64,000 nucleotides of DNA from an uncultured Poribacteria bacterium (GTDB taxonomy: Bacteria; Poribacteria; WGA-4E; WGA-3G), in contig CATQHZ020000001.1 of assembly GCA_958296135.2 (NCBI GenBank), positions 1,856,001-1,920,000 of the forward strand, in the 5' to 3' direction. A program made the translations under genes and the position numbers. The number at the start of each line of letters is the position of its first letter. Within the stretch, counting starts at the first letter, position 1. Under the pieces are notes generated by a model. The model was not told the DNA's origin. It did no database searches and saw nothing but the letters and a program-made list of their open reading frames with translations. This document shows positions 49,693 through 59,825 of this stretch, piece after piece.

Positions 49693-50754
49693 ATGCGCGC
49701 AATTATGTGTCGCGAACCTTGGGATTACCGCCTTGAGGAAGTCCCTATGCCGCACGCAGGGCCCGGCGAAGTCGTCGTCAAAGTGAACGCCTGCGGCGTT
49801 TGCGCCAGCGACATTAAGTGTTGGACCGGCGCGCCGCTTTTCTGGGGCGATGAACACCGGGCACCTTATGTGGAGGCTCCTGTCATCGCCGGGCACGAAT
49901 TTATCGGTGAAGTCGTTGAACTCGGCGAAGGCGCGGGCGAAAAATATGGCATCCAGATTGGTGATACCACCATAGCGGAGCAGATTGTCCCGTGTTGGGC
50001 GTGCCGCTACTGCCAGACTGGGAAGTATTGGCTGTGCCAAGTCCACAACATCTACGGTTTTCAACCGGTTGTCAACGGCGGCATGGCGGACTATATGAAG
50101 TTCCCCGCGCGTTCGCTTGTCCACAAAGTGCCATCAAATATGCCGGCAGCGCACGCGGCGATGATTGAACCGCTCGCCTGTTCTATTCACGCCGTGCAGC
50201 GCGGGGAGATTGAGTTTGGCGATGTCGTCGTCATCGCCGGCGCAGGCACACTCGGCCTCGGGATGATAGGCGCAGCTAAGTTGAAAAACCCCGGCATGCT
50301 CATCGCTATCGATTTGATACCGAAGCGGTTAGAAATTGCGAGAAAGTTAGGCGCAGACCTGGCTATCAACCCCGCAAAAACGGACGCTGTCCAGCAAGTC
50401 TTGGATTTGACGGAAGGCTACGGATGCGATGTCTACATTGAGGCAACAGGGCATCCGCACGCGGTAGAGCAGGGGCTCCGCATGATTCGGAAGGCTGGCA
50501 CCTTCGTGGAATTCAGCGTCATGCGCGAGCCGGTGACGGTAGACTGGACTATCATCGGCGATACGAAGGAACTGAACATCCACGGGGCACATCTGGGGCC
50601 TTATGCCTATCCGCTTGCGATTGACTATATCCACCGTGGAGCAATCGATGTAAGTCTTATCGTGACGCATCAATTGCCGCTAGAGGAATACCTCACAGCA
50701 TTTGAGATGGTTCGGAAAGGCGCGGATTCGATTAAGGTGCAGTTGGTGCCGTAA
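49693..50754 (+). CDS. Zn-dependent (MDR) sugar-alcohol dehydrogenase, erythritol/threitol dehydrogenase-like
   Basis: CGVCASD, GHEFIGEV, C..C..C......C, GAGTLG. Confidence 0.88.
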   Translation: MRAIMCREPWDYRLEEVPMPHAGPGEVVVKVNACGVCASDIKCWTGAPLFWGDEHRAPYVEAPVIAGHEFIGEVVELGEGAGEKYGIQIGDTTIAEQIVPCWACRYCQTGKYWLCQVHNIYGFQPVVNGGMADYMKFPARSLVHKVPSNMPAAHAAMIEPLACSIHAVQRGEIEFGDVVVIAGAGTLGLGMIGAAKLKNPGMLIAIDLIPKRLEIARKLGADLAINPAKTDAVQQVLDLTEGYGCDVYIEATGHPHAVEQGLRMIRKAGTFVEFSVMREPVTVDWTIIGDTKELNIHGAHLGPYAYPLAIDYIHRGAIDVSLIVTHQLPLEEYLTAFEMVRKGADSIKVQLVP

Positions 50755-50764
50755 AAACGGGTAG

Positions 50765-52813
50765 TTACGTACCCAGCATTTCCACGAACGCGTCCACTTC
50801 TGTTGTCGGAACTTGACAAGCATAATTCTCACAGACATAAGCCATCGTGCCGTTATCTACCTGCGTTTTGCCAGCAAGGAGCGGTAATTCCGACGAAGAG
50901 TCAGTCGCGGCGACAATTTTGTTCGGTAAATACTGTCCATGCAACGCCGTTAACATCGCGTCTGGTGCCTGTCCTACAATCGCAATCTCTTTCGGGGTTG
51001 ACAGTAGGAACGCTAGTTCACAAAGCAGCTGTCCGGAACCTGAGGGCATCGCCTCCATCTGATGGAAGTAGAGTTTCAGCGTTTCCACCGCTTTTTCGTG
51101 GAATTCGGGTTTATCTAAGTGTTTGGCAAGCCGCAATAGGCTGTGAATCGCCATGGAGGCACCAGATGGCGTGGCACCGTCGTAAGCCGATTTGGATTGC
51201 ACGATAAGCGTCTCGTGTGCTTTCCCAGTGAAGTAGAAGCCACCGCCGCTCTCATCGCCGAACTGCTCAATCATGAGATGTGCAAGGCGTTCGGCTTCGG
51301 CAAGCCAGCGCGGTTCAAAACTTGCCTCGTAAAGCGCAACGAGGCCGGCGATAAAATAGGAATAATCCTCAAGGTAAGCGTTGAGGTGGCTTTTGCCAGC
51401 ACGATACGTGCGCAACAAGAGGCCGTTCTCTTGTGAGAGCGTCGTCAAGACGAACTCGGCGGATTTTTCGCACGCCGTAAGGTATTCAGATTTACCCGTG
51501 AGTTGGTAACCCATCGCCATGCCGCGGAGCATGAGCCCATTCCAACTGGTCAGGATTTTGTCGTCCAGCCCGGGTTTAATCCGTCTCTCTCTGGCAGCAA
51601 AGAGTTTCTGCTTGCCATCGGCGAGAATCGTCTCCAACTCACTCAATTCCATCCGCAGTTTTCCGGCGAAAATGTCCTCTGGCGTTTGGACGTGGAGGAT
51701 ATTTTCCCCTTCAAAGTTACCCTGCGGCGTAATGTCGTAAAACTCACAGAAGATAGCCGAGTTCTCTTCGCCGATGATGTCTTCCACTTCGGAGGGCTCC
51801 CAGACAAAGAACTTGCCTTCCACGCCTTCGCTATCAGCGTCTTGCGTGGAATAAAAGCCGCCGTTTTCCGCGTCATACATCTCCCGCAGCACGTAATCAA
51901 GCGTATCCGTTGCGATGTCGCGATAGAACGGTTTCTGCGTCGCTTGATACGCCTCAAAATAGGCGACGACAAGTTGCGAGTTATCGTAAAGCATCTTCTC
52001 AAAGTGCGGGACGAGCCAGCGTGCATCGGTGGCATAGCGGTGGAAGCCGCCGCCAACCTGGTCATACATACCGCCGCGTGCCATCTTCTCCAACGTCAAT
52101 TCAACCATTTCCAAAGCCTGCAGGGCACCGCTGTGGTGCCAATAGCGGAGGAGGAACGGCAATCCCATGCTCGGTGGGAACTTGGGCGCAGTGCCGAAAC
52201 CGCCATCCTGCGAATCAAACTGCGAACGGTAGTGTTGAAAGGCGTTCTCCATCAAATGCTCAGTGAGCTCATGCTCGTGCGGGTCGACCGCCCTACTTAC
52301 CTGCGCGAGGTAGTCTGTAATCTGGTCTGCCTGCTGTAGCACCTGTGCATTTTGCTCGCGAAACGCTTCCGCGACAGCGTGCATCACCTTCGGGAATCCG
52401 GGCCTGCCGTACCGGTCTGTGGGTGGGTAATAGGTGCCGCCGTAGAAGGGTTTGAGTTCTGGCGTGAGGAAAACGGTCATCGGCCAGCCACCGGTGCGCG
52501 TCATGAACTGAACAGCGTTCATGTAAATTTCGTCTAAATCGGGACGTTCCTCCCGGTCCACCTTGATATTGACGAAAAGTTCGTTCATGACTGCGGCGAT
52601 GTCCTCATTTTCAAAGGATTCGCGTTCCATGACGTGGCACCAGTGGCAGGCAGAGTAGCCGATGCTCAACAGGATGGGTTTATTCTCGCGCTTGGCGTGT
52701 TCCAACGCCTCTTCGCCCCACGGATACCAGTCGACAGGATTGTGTGCGTGCTGGAGGAGGTAGGGGCTAGTCTCATGGATGAGGCGGTTGGTGTGTTTGT
52801 GAGTATCGTTCAT
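50765..52813 (-). CDS. YyaL/SPATA20 thioredoxin-domain protein (DUF255)
   Basis: [42 protein letters not shown]. Confidence 0.93.
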   Translation of the reverse strand: MNDTHKHTNRLIHETSPYLLQHAHNPVDWYPWGEEALEHAKRENKPILLSIGYSACHWCHVMERESFENEDIAAVMNELFVNIKVDREERPDLDEIYMNAVQFMTRTGGWPMTVFLTPELKPFYGGTYYPPTDRYGRPGFPKVMHAVAEAFREQNAQVLQQADQITDYLAQVSRAVDPHEHELTEHLMENAFQHYRSQFDSQDGGFGTAPKFPPSMGLPFLLRYWHHSGALQALEMVELTLEKMARGGMYDQVGGGFHRYATDARWLVPHFEKMLYDNSQLVVAYFEAYQATQKPFYRDIATDTLDYVLREMYDAENGGFYSTQDADSEGVEGKFFVWEPSEVEDIIGEENSAIFCEFYDITPQGNFEGENILHVQTPEDIFAGKLRMELSELETILADGKQKLFAARERRIKPGLDDKILTSWNGLMLRGMAMGYQLTGKSEYLTACEKSAEFVLTTLSQENGLLLRTYRAGKSHLNAYLEDYSYFIAGLVALYEASFEPRWLAEAERLAHLMIEQFGDESGGGFYFTGKAHETLIVQSKSAYDGATPSGASMAIHSLLRLAKHLDKPEFHEKAVETLKLYFHQMEAMPSGSGQLLCELAFLLSTPKEIAIVGQAPDAMLTALHGQYLPNKIVAATDSSSELPLLAGKTQVDNGTMAYVCENYACQVPTTEVDAFVEMLGT

Positions 52814-53149
52814 TCCGGTTTTTCTCCAACATGTAGGTGCTTTTTGTCGTCATGAGAATCTCTCCGCAAACGCCCAGGCCCCTTTCGTTTTCCATTTTCG
52901 AGCGTTGAAGGGTAAGGGGTTTTTGCTAGGGCGTTTCTTCAACTGTCTTTCTCCGCCCGACACGCAGCGCAAACGGACAGTTCTAGCAATCTGTCCTTAC
53001 CCTTCCTGCGAGAACTGAATTTTCCTGGCAAATGCTGTCTTCTTTGCCAAAATCAAAAACGTAGATATCAACAACGTCGATATCGGGTTACGCAGAGAAA
53101 CATACCTGCACAACACCCCTAATCGAACGCTTTGCGCCAGTACGAAAAA

Positions 53150-53221
53150 TAGCGCTACGGGGATTCGAACCCCGGTTTGATGGCTGAGAACCATCCGTCC
53201 TGACCCCTAGACGATAGCGCC
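53150..53221 (-). tRNA. tRNA-Glu (anticodon CTC)
   Basis: GGCGCTATCGTCTAGGGGTCAGGAC-GGATGGTTCTCAGCCATC-AAACCGGGGTTCGAATCCCCGTAGCGCTA; no encoded CCA. Confidence 0.95.
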
Positions 53222-53228
53222 ACAAAAA

Positions 53229-53299
53229 CTGCCCGGGAAGGACTCGAACCTTCACTACGTGGTCCAGAGCCACGCGTCCTACCATTAGACGACCGGGCA
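53229..53299 (-). tRNA. tRNA-Gln (anticodon CTG)
   Basis: TGCCCGGTCGTCTAATGGTAGGACG-CGTGGCTCTGGACCACG-TAGTGAAGGTTCGAGTCCTTCCCGGGCAG. Confidence 0.95.
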
Positions 53300-53406
53300 A
53301 TTGTCGTTAATTTGGTTAAATAAAACTAAACCGAAAACCTCCGACGCGATTGACGACACCGCGTTATCTCGCCGGAAATCGGCCACTGCTGCATCATACA
53401 GTTATA

Positions 53407-53435
53407 ATTATACCCTAATAATTCCCGTTTGTCAA
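53407..53435 (-). promoter_or_regulatory. Consensus sigma70 promoter for the tRNA pair
   Basis: TTGACA-N17-TATAAT. Confidence 0.85.
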
Positions 53436-53500
53436 ATTTTTTTGCCGTTTCTATAAACATTGCATGCTCACAGCGTTTTAAAGGAATGGTGCCTTTTAGA

Positions 53501-54982
53501 TTACGGTTGCAATGCAATGTTGGAAAACGTATAGAAAATGTTCAGAAATCCGATGAGCACCGTCGGCACAACGAAGACGCTCAGCAACGCGAACGTGCCG
53601 GTAGAGAAGGAGACGCGCTCCGTTTCCGTATCTTCCGTGCTCTCCAGATACATCGCCTTGACAATGCGGGCGTAGTAGTAAAGCGACACCACGCTGTTGA
53701 GTAATCCGACAAACGCTAGCCAATACAGCCCTTTGTCAATGACAGCGGTAAACAACACCCATTTGCCAAAGAAACCGGCGAACGGCGGAATGCCGGTCAG
53801 CGAGAAGAGGAAAATCGCCATCGCACCAGCAACGAGTGGTGCGCGCGACGAAAGCCCGCGATATCCCTCGATCATCTCACTCCCCACCTCGTTAGCAATC
53901 AGCACGACGACGTAGAACGCTCCCAGGTTCATAAAGAGATAGACGACGAGGTAGAAGAGAATTGCCCCGATGCCTTCAGCAGTAAGGAGCACACCGCCCA
54001 TGAGCAGATACCCGCCGTGCGCGATGCTAGAATACGCCAGTAAGCGTTTGACATTCCGCTGCGGGAGCGCGGCGAGGTTCCCCACGGTCATCGTTAGCGC
54101 AGACACAACAGCGAGCATCAGTGTCCAGTCGACAGATTGCATCAGCTCTGAACTCCCGAACCCGGAATAGAAAAACCTGATGAACAGCGCGAACCCGGCC
54201 GATTTTGAGGCAACGGATAAGAACGCCGTTATCGGGATAGGCGCGCCCTCATAAACGTCGGGGGACCACATGTGGAACGGCACCGAGGCGATTTTATAGC
54301 CGACACCCGCTAAAATAAAGGTTATTGAAACAAGCACAGCGAGCGGATATACGTCGCCGGCGTTGAACATCTCGGTAAGTTTCGCGCTAATTTGCCCGAG
54401 GTCGCCCGTGCCAGTCATGCCGAACAGCAGGGAGAGCCCGAATAGCATCGTTCCCGATGCCACTGCGCCATACGTGATGTATTTGAACGCCGCTTCGCTT
54501 GAACGCGGGCTGTGCGTCAAGAACCCAGCGAGAATGTAGGAGGTGAGGCTCACCGTCTCCAACGAGATGAATATCATCAACAGGTTCGTGGAGGAGGCCA
54601 TCAGGAACATGCCGAGGGTGACAGCGAGCAACAGCGCGTAGTATTCGCCCTTGAGCTGCGCATCAAGTTCTTCGGAACGCAGCGAGAAGAGAATCGTCGC
54701 CGCCGTTGCTAACAAGAGGATGATTTTGAAGAAAATGGCGAATCTATCCAGCCGAATCATCCCGAGAAATAGGGATATGGACTCGTTGGAACCGAGCGAA
54801 GCGTGCGTGAAAAGGACTGCCCCGAAGACGCACCCTAAGCCTAGCAGTGAGAGATACGCAACGGCGACACTCTCCCTATTTTTCACCACCAGATCGAGGA
54901 TGATGACAGCGACGGCGAACACCACCAACAGTATCTCCGGGCTAAAATAGAGAAGGCTTTCGATATTTTTTAAGGCTTCCAC
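53501..54982 (-). CDS. nuoN: NADH-quinone oxidoreductase subunit N
   Basis: EAAFKY, KIASVPFHMWSPDVYEGAP, KRLLAYSSIAHGGY, GIPPFAGFFGK. Confidence 0.95.
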   Translation of the reverse strand: MEALKNIESLLYFSPEILLVVFAVAVIILDLVVKNRESVAVAYLSLLGLGCVFGAVLFTHASLGSNESISLFLGMIRLDRFAIFFKIILLLATAATILFSLRSEELDAQLKGEYYALLLAVTLGMFLMASSTNLLMIFISLETVSLTSYILAGFLTHSPRSSEAAFKYITYGAVASGTMLFGLSLLFGMTGTGDLGQISAKLTEMFNAGDVYPLAVLVSITFILAGVGYKIASVPFHMWSPDVYEGAPIPITAFLSVASKSAGFALFIRFFYSGFGSSELMQSVDWTLMLAVVSALTMTVGNLAALPQRNVKRLLAYSSIAHGGYLLMGGVLLTAEGIGAILFYLVVYLFMNLGAFYVVVLIANEVGSEMIEGYRGLSSRAPLVAGAMAIFLFSLTGIPPFAGFFGKWVLFTAVIDKGLYWLAFVGLLNSVVSLYYYARIVKAMYLESTEDTETERVSFSTGTFALLSVFVVPTVLIGFLNIFYTFSNIALQP

Positions 54983-54991
54983 ACCGTCCTC

Positions 54992-56512
54992 CTATAGATT
55001 CGCCAGCGCGTTCACTGTGTCTACGAGTTTCGTCACGGATTCGCTGAACATCTCAATCGCGAAACCGGGCCAGATGCCGAGGACAATAGTCAAGATGCCG
55101 AGGGGCACCAGCGTCAAGATTTCGCGCCCGTTAATTTCCGGCATCGACTCATATTTGGGGTTGAGTTTGCCCAAGAAGACGCGCTGAAGCGTCCAGAGGA
55201 AATACGCCGCCCCGACAACGATGCCTATCGTTGACAAAATCGTCAGCATCTTAAATTTGTCGTAAGCCCCGAGCAGGGAAAGTGCCTCTCCGACAAACCC
55301 GCTGAGGCCTGGCAATCCCAAAGATGCCATGAACGCCAATGTCGTGATGCCGGTATAGATAGGCATTCTGCTGCCCAAACCGCCAAAACCGTTAATCTCG
55401 CGGTGGTGTGCCCTATCGTAGAGAACACCAACGAGCAGGAAGAGCATCGCGCTGATAACACCGTGGTTAAACATCTGGAGAATCGCGCCGGTTACCCCTG
55501 CTTCGTTCCGGGCAGAAAGCCCTAGAATGACGAAACCCATGTGCCCGATACTGGAATACGCTACCAGTTTCTTAAAATCGGTTTGTGCGAGCGCGCAGAA
55601 TGAGCCGTAGACAATATTAATGAAGCCGAGCAGTGCGAGGCTGTTGCCCCATGTGCCAAGTCCATTGCAGAAAAAGTCCATGCCTTGCGGGAGCATCGCC
55701 ATGTTCACCCGCACCAACCCGTAAGTTCCCATCTTCAACAAGATGCCTGCGAGGATAACGCTGATTGCAGTCGGTGCCTCAACGTGCGCATCGGGGAGCC
55801 AGGTATGGAACGGAAAGATTGGCACTTTCACAGCGAATCCGATAAAGAAGCCGAGGAATACCCAAATCTGGAAATTCTGATCGGCGAGGGCGTGCCCTGC
55901 TGTGGAGGCGAGCGTAATGAGCGTCGGGATATCAAACGTTCGCGCGCCCGCGGGTCCGCTCTTGAGGTAAACCGCTATCATGGCAACCAGCATCAACACA
56001 CTGCCGAAGAGTGTATAGAGGAAAAACTTAATCGCGGCGTATTCGCGGCGCGGTCCGCCCCACACGCCGATGAGGAAATACATCGGTAACAGCGTCAGTT
56101 CAAAGAAGACATAGAAGAGGAACAAATCCAAGGCGGCGAAAAAGCCGAGCATCCCTGTTTCCAGCAGCAGGAACAACGCCATGTACGCCTTGAGCCCCTT
56201 CTCTATGTTCCGCCACGAGGCGAGCACACAGATGGGCCCTAAGAGCGCGGTGAGGAGCAGGAGCGTGACGCTGAGGCCATCAATGCCGATATGATAACGG
56301 ATGTTGAACGCCGAGATCCAAGCGACATCCAATTCATACTGCGTTCCAGAACTGCCTCTGTCATACGATACGAACAAGTAGACAGCGAGCAGGAGCGGCA
56401 CGAACGTAAAAAAGAGCGTGACGCGTTTTATTAACTCCTCGGACTCGCGCGGTAAAAGTAAAACAACAATCATCCCGAGCAACGGGACAAAAATCATGAG
56501 GGACAATAACAT
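54992..56512 (-). CDS. nuoM: NADH-quinone oxidoreductase subunit M
   Basis: GIDGLS, FFELTLLPMY, FHTWLPDAHVEAP, LLKMGTYG. Confidence 0.95.
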   Translation of the reverse strand: MLLSLMIFVPLLGMIVVLLLPRESEELIKRVTLFFTFVPLLLAVYLFVSYDRGSSGTQYELDVAWISAFNIRYHIGIDGLSVTLLLLTALLGPICVLASWRNIEKGLKAYMALFLLLETGMLGFFAALDLFLFYVFFELTLLPMYFLIGVWGGPRREYAAIKFFLYTLFGSVLMLVAMIAVYLKSGPAGARTFDIPTLITLASTAGHALADQNFQIWVFLGFFIGFAVKVPIFPFHTWLPDAHVEAPTAISVILAGILLKMGTYGLVRVNMAMLPQGMDFFCNGLGTWGNSLALLGFINIVYGSFCALAQTDFKKLVAYSSIGHMGFVILGLSARNEAGVTGAILQMFNHGVISAMLFLLVGVLYDRAHHREINGFGGLGSRMPIYTGITTLAFMASLGLPGLSGFVGEALSLLGAYDKFKMLTILSTIGIVVGAAYFLWTLQRVFLGKLNPKYESMPEINGREILTLVPLGILTIVLGIWPGFAIEMFSESVTKLVDTVNALANL

Positions 56513-56536
56513 CGAGAGTGAATCCTCCTTATCCCA

Positions 56537-56710
56537 TCATCGGGAAATCAGATAGAGAATGAAGAGCCCGGCTCCGGCAAGGAATGGATAAAGCGTTAAC
56601 CCGATTGTGGCACTCTTGGCCGGATCCGTGGCTGAACGGGGCAAGAGCCACCCGCTCAGGAAGCCAGCGAACGGTGCTAAAAACTTCAGTATTAACGACA
56701 TTAGAACCAT
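56537..56710 (-). CDS. 57-aa two-TM protein resembling the NuoM N-terminus
   Basis: Manual translation MVLMSLILKFLAPFAGFLSGWLLPRSATDPAKSATIGLTLYPFLAGAGLFILYLISR*; fills the nuoL-nuoM gap. Confidence 0.7.
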   Translation of the reverse strand: MVLMSLILKFLAPFAGFLSGWLLPRSATDPAKSATIGLTLYPFLAGAGLFILYLISR

Positions 56711-56722
56711 CCTTATCCAAGC

Positions 56723-58939
56723 CTACAAAGCCCGGAAAACCAAGATTAACACGACAATACCGGCGAGAACGATGAGCAGATAGGTCTGGATTGCACCGGT
56801 TTGGATTCGGCGAATTCTGCCGCCCATTGCCCACGTAACCTGTGCGACGCGATTGACAAGGCCGTCAACGACACGGTTATCAAAAAAGCCTGTAAAAGCG
56901 GCGAGAATATCGCGCGTCACACGGCCGATGCCATTAACGATGCCATCAACGACAGTACCATCAAATTGCGCGAAGAGCCGCGCCTTCCATACCGTGAGTG
57001 CCACCAGCACGCCGTTATAGAACTCGTCAAAGTAGTATTTACGCCAGAACAGGTGATAGAGTGGCCGGAACGTCGTTGCAACCGATTCGGCAGAGAGTGT
57101 GCGTCTGTGGTAAAACAGCCACGAAAGCAGTATCCCTAATCCCGCAACAATGATTGAAAGAACCATCGCGATAGTGTGCGCGGGACTGTGGCCGTGATGT
57201 CCTTCGTCGGCGTGTGTGTCGTGCGCGCCTTCCTCCTCAGCCGCCACCGCCTCGGATACACCGAAGAGAGAAAACGTTCCCTTGGTGTCGTTAAAGACAC
57301 CGGCATGCGCGGGTGCGTGAATATGCGGTTGTTTCGGCGGCGTAACGTAAGCATCGTTAAACCATAGGACATTCACAACGGGAAAACTGAGCACTGCCAA
57401 GACGATGAGCGGCACCGTCATCACTTTTGGGGATTCGTGCGCCATGTCGTGCATCTCTTGATTGCGCGGTTCCCCGAAAAACGTCATGAAGATGAGGCGG
57501 AACATGTAAAACGCCGTAATGCCGGCGGCGAAGAGTGCCATCCCGAAAAGGACGTAGTGATGCACGGAGCTCCACTCCATCGCGCGTTCCAGCACGCCGC
57601 CTAAAATCGCATCCTTGCTCCAGAACCCGGAGAAGAGAAACGGTACGCCGGAAATGGACAACGTGGCGATGAGCATCGTAGCGAACGTTATCGGCATTTT
57701 GTGGCGAAGTCCACCCATATTCCGCATATCCTGGTCTGGGGGAATATCGGAGCCGTGAGCGTGGACAAGTTCGCTGTCTCCGTCCTCGTGTGTGTGTTCG
57801 TTCGCATCAGAATCTGCATGCGCGTGTCCGTGCGCGTCATGTTCGTCGTGGCTGTGCGCGTGCATCGCGTGGAAAGCGTGAATGACGCTCCCGGAACCGA
57901 GGAACAGCAAGGCCTTAAAAAAAGCGTGCGTGGTGAGATGAAACAGCCCCGCCACATAACTGCCGACACCAATCCCAAGCATCATATAGCCAAGTTGACT
58001 GACGGTAGAATACGCGAGGACTCGCTTGATGTCAACCCGGACAATCGCAATCGTCGCTGCTACCAACGCGGTGATGCCGCCGATGTAAGCGATAATCAAC
58101 GATGAGGTTTCAGTCAAAATCGGGAACATTCGCGCGGTGAGGTAAACGCCAGCGGCTACCATCGTGGCGGCGTGAATGAGCGCGCTCACGGGAGTCGGGC
58201 CTTCCATCGCATCGGGGAGCCAGGTGTGCAGCGGCACCTGTGCAGATTTTCCGACAGCCCCACAAAAAATCAGGACACCCGCGATGGAGAGCCATACCAT
58301 ATCTCCCGTGCTCAAGTTGGCTGCGAGTGCGAAGATGCCATCTTCTCCGTAAAGTGCCAGCGTGCTGAATTTAGTGAAGAGCATCATCATGCCGATGAAC
58401 ATGCCGATATCGCCGACGCGCGTCGTCAGGAACGCCTTTTTACACGCATTCGCCGCCGAGTCCTTTTCAAACCAGAAACCGATGAGGAGATAGGAACAGA
58501 GCCCCACTAACTCCCAACCGATATAGATGCCGAGCAGGTTATCCGAGACGACTAGGAACAGCATGGAAAACGAGAATAACGAGAGGAAGGCGAAAAATCG
58601 CGGGTACCTCGGGTCGCCGTGCATGTAGCCCATCGAGAAAATATGGACGAGGCTGCTCACGAGGGTGACAACAATCAACATGATTGCTGTCACGCTGTCA
58701 AGGTAAAATCCCATAGAGAAGCTGATTTTTCCGATGGAAATCCACTCAACAGTGTGCGGCTCCGGGTGAGGGACTACCTGTTGCAAAAGCAGGAGCGAAC
58801 AGACAAGCGCGAAGAGCATCGCCGCGGTGGACAGATAGTCCTGCCGGGGGACGCTTCGTCTCGCTAGTGACATGAGCCCGAAGAACGCGAATGCGGCAAG
58901 CGGGCAAAGTAAAATGAGACTGATTAAAGGGACGATCAT
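56723..58939 (-). CDS. nuoL: NADH-quinone oxidoreductase subunit L (His-rich inserts)
   Basis: WELVGLCSYLLIGFW, GKSAQVPLHTWLPDAMEGPTPVSALIHAATMV, THAFFKALLFL. Confidence 0.96.
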   Translation of the reverse strand: MIVPLISLILLCPLAAFAFFGLMSLARRSVPRQDYLSTAAMLFALVCSLLLLQQVVPHPEPHTVEWISIGKISFSMGFYLDSVTAIMLIVVTLVSSLVHIFSMGYMHGDPRYPRFFAFLSLFSFSMLFLVVSDNLLGIYIGWELVGLCSYLLIGFWFEKDSAANACKKAFLTTRVGDIGMFIGMMMLFTKFSTLALYGEDGIFALAANLSTGDMVWLSIAGVLIFCGAVGKSAQVPLHTWLPDAMEGPTPVSALIHAATMVAAGVYLTARMFPILTETSSLIIAYIGGITALVAATIAIVRVDIKRVLAYSTVSQLGYMMLGIGVGSYVAGLFHLTTHAFFKALLFLGSGSVIHAFHAMHAHSHDEHDAHGHAHADSDANEHTHEDGDSELVHAHGSDIPPDQDMRNMGGLRHKMPITFATMLIATLSISGVPFLFSGFWSKDAILGGVLERAMEWSSVHHYVLFGMALFAAGITAFYMFRLIFMTFFGEPRNQEMHDMAHESPKVMTVPLIVLAVLSFPVVNVLWFNDAYVTPPKQPHIHAPAHAGVFNDTKGTFSLFGVSEAVAAEEEGAHDTHADEGHHGHSPAHTIAMVLSIIVAGLGILLSWLFYHRRTLSAESVATTFRPLYHLFWRKYYFDEFYNGVLVALTVWKARLFAQFDGTVVDGIVNGIGRVTRDILAAFTGFFDNRVVDGLVNRVAQVTWAMGGRIRRIQTGAIQTYLLIVLAGIVVLILVFRAL

Positions 58940-58954
58940 AAACCCTTTCCTTTT

Positions 58955-59263
58955 TTAACCTTTTAAGGTATCCACCTCGTTGGGGCGAATGCTACCGAAT
59001 TCGCGGTAGATAGCGAGGATAATCGCCAGAAAGACGGCCGCCTCCGCGGCGGCGAGCACGATGCCAAAAATTGCGATTATCTGGCCATCAATGTTTTCAG
59101 GCGGCGTGACGAAGCGCGAAAACGCCGCAAAATTCAGATTACACGAATTAAGGATGAGCTCGATGCCCATCAAAATGCTGATGGCGTTCCGGCGGGTGAG
59201 CACGGCGAAGATGCCGAGCGTGAACAGCATCGCACTGATGACTAAGTAGTGTTGTAAGGACAT
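58955..59263 (-). CDS. nuoK: NADH-quinone oxidoreductase subunit K
   Basis: RRNAI.ILMGIELILN, AAAEAAV. Confidence 0.95.
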   Translation of the reverse strand: MSLQHYLVISAMLFTLGIFAVLTRRNAISILMGIELILNSCNLNFAAFSRFVTPPENIDGQIIAIFGIVLAAAEAAVFLAIILAIYREFGSIRPNEVDTLKG

Positions 59264-59303
59264 ATTTTCTATAGACTCCGTGAATCGTGCTCAGAAGATT
59301 CTC

Positions 59304-59822
59304 TTATTCTCGGACTTCCTTCCGGGAAATCAGGGCCGCCCCAATGAGCGCGACTAACAACAATACAGAGACTACCTCAAATGGCAGCAGAAACTGCCCA
59401 TTCAAAATCAGCGTCCCGATGCTCTCCGTTGTGGGTTGAAGTTGCGTGCCATCGTCGGCAACGTTCTTCCACTGTGGCGTATTGGCGATAACAGCTAAGA
59501 GCAGCATCAGCAGGGCTATCGCGACGACTGCGCCAAGTAGGAGCTGCCCGCGTTCAATATGGATGCGCATTTCCAACCGGCCGCTCGTCATCATCACGCC
59601 GAAGAGGATGAGCACGAGAATCCCGCCGACGTAGACAATTACCTGCGTGGCGGCGAGGAAATCTGCCTGCAGAAAAACGTAAAGCCCGGCGACACCGAAC
59701 AGCGTCACCATCAGCGAAAACGCCGCGTGGACGATGTTCCGCACCGTGACGACGACGATGCCAGATGCGACTGTCAACAGCGCGAACCCGTAAAAAATTA
59801 AGGTTTTAAGCGTGAATTCCAT
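59304..59822 (-). CDS. nuoJ: NADH-quinone oxidoreductase subunit J
   Basis: NIVHAA, QVIVYVGGILVL, LPFEVVSVLLL. Confidence 0.95.
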   Translation of the reverse strand: MEFTLKTLIFYGFALLTVASGIVVVTVRNIVHAAFSLMVTLFGVAGLYVFLQADFLAATQVIVYVGGILVLILFGVMMTSGRLEMRIHIERGQLLLGAVVAIALLMLLLAVIANTPQWKNVADDGTQLQPTTESIGTLILNGQFLLPFEVVSVLLLVALIGAALISRKEVRE

Positions 59823-59825
59823 TTG

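Noticed and set aside
53150-53299. tRNA-anchored genomic island or prophage att site
   Set aside because: No integrase and no duplicated tRNA 3' end were seen; the flanking genes are housekeeping.
56529-56834. 101-aa ORF from the track between nuoL and nuoM
   Set aside because: It overlaps nuoL and lacks protein-like features; the 57-aa frame at 56537-56710 fits the gap better.
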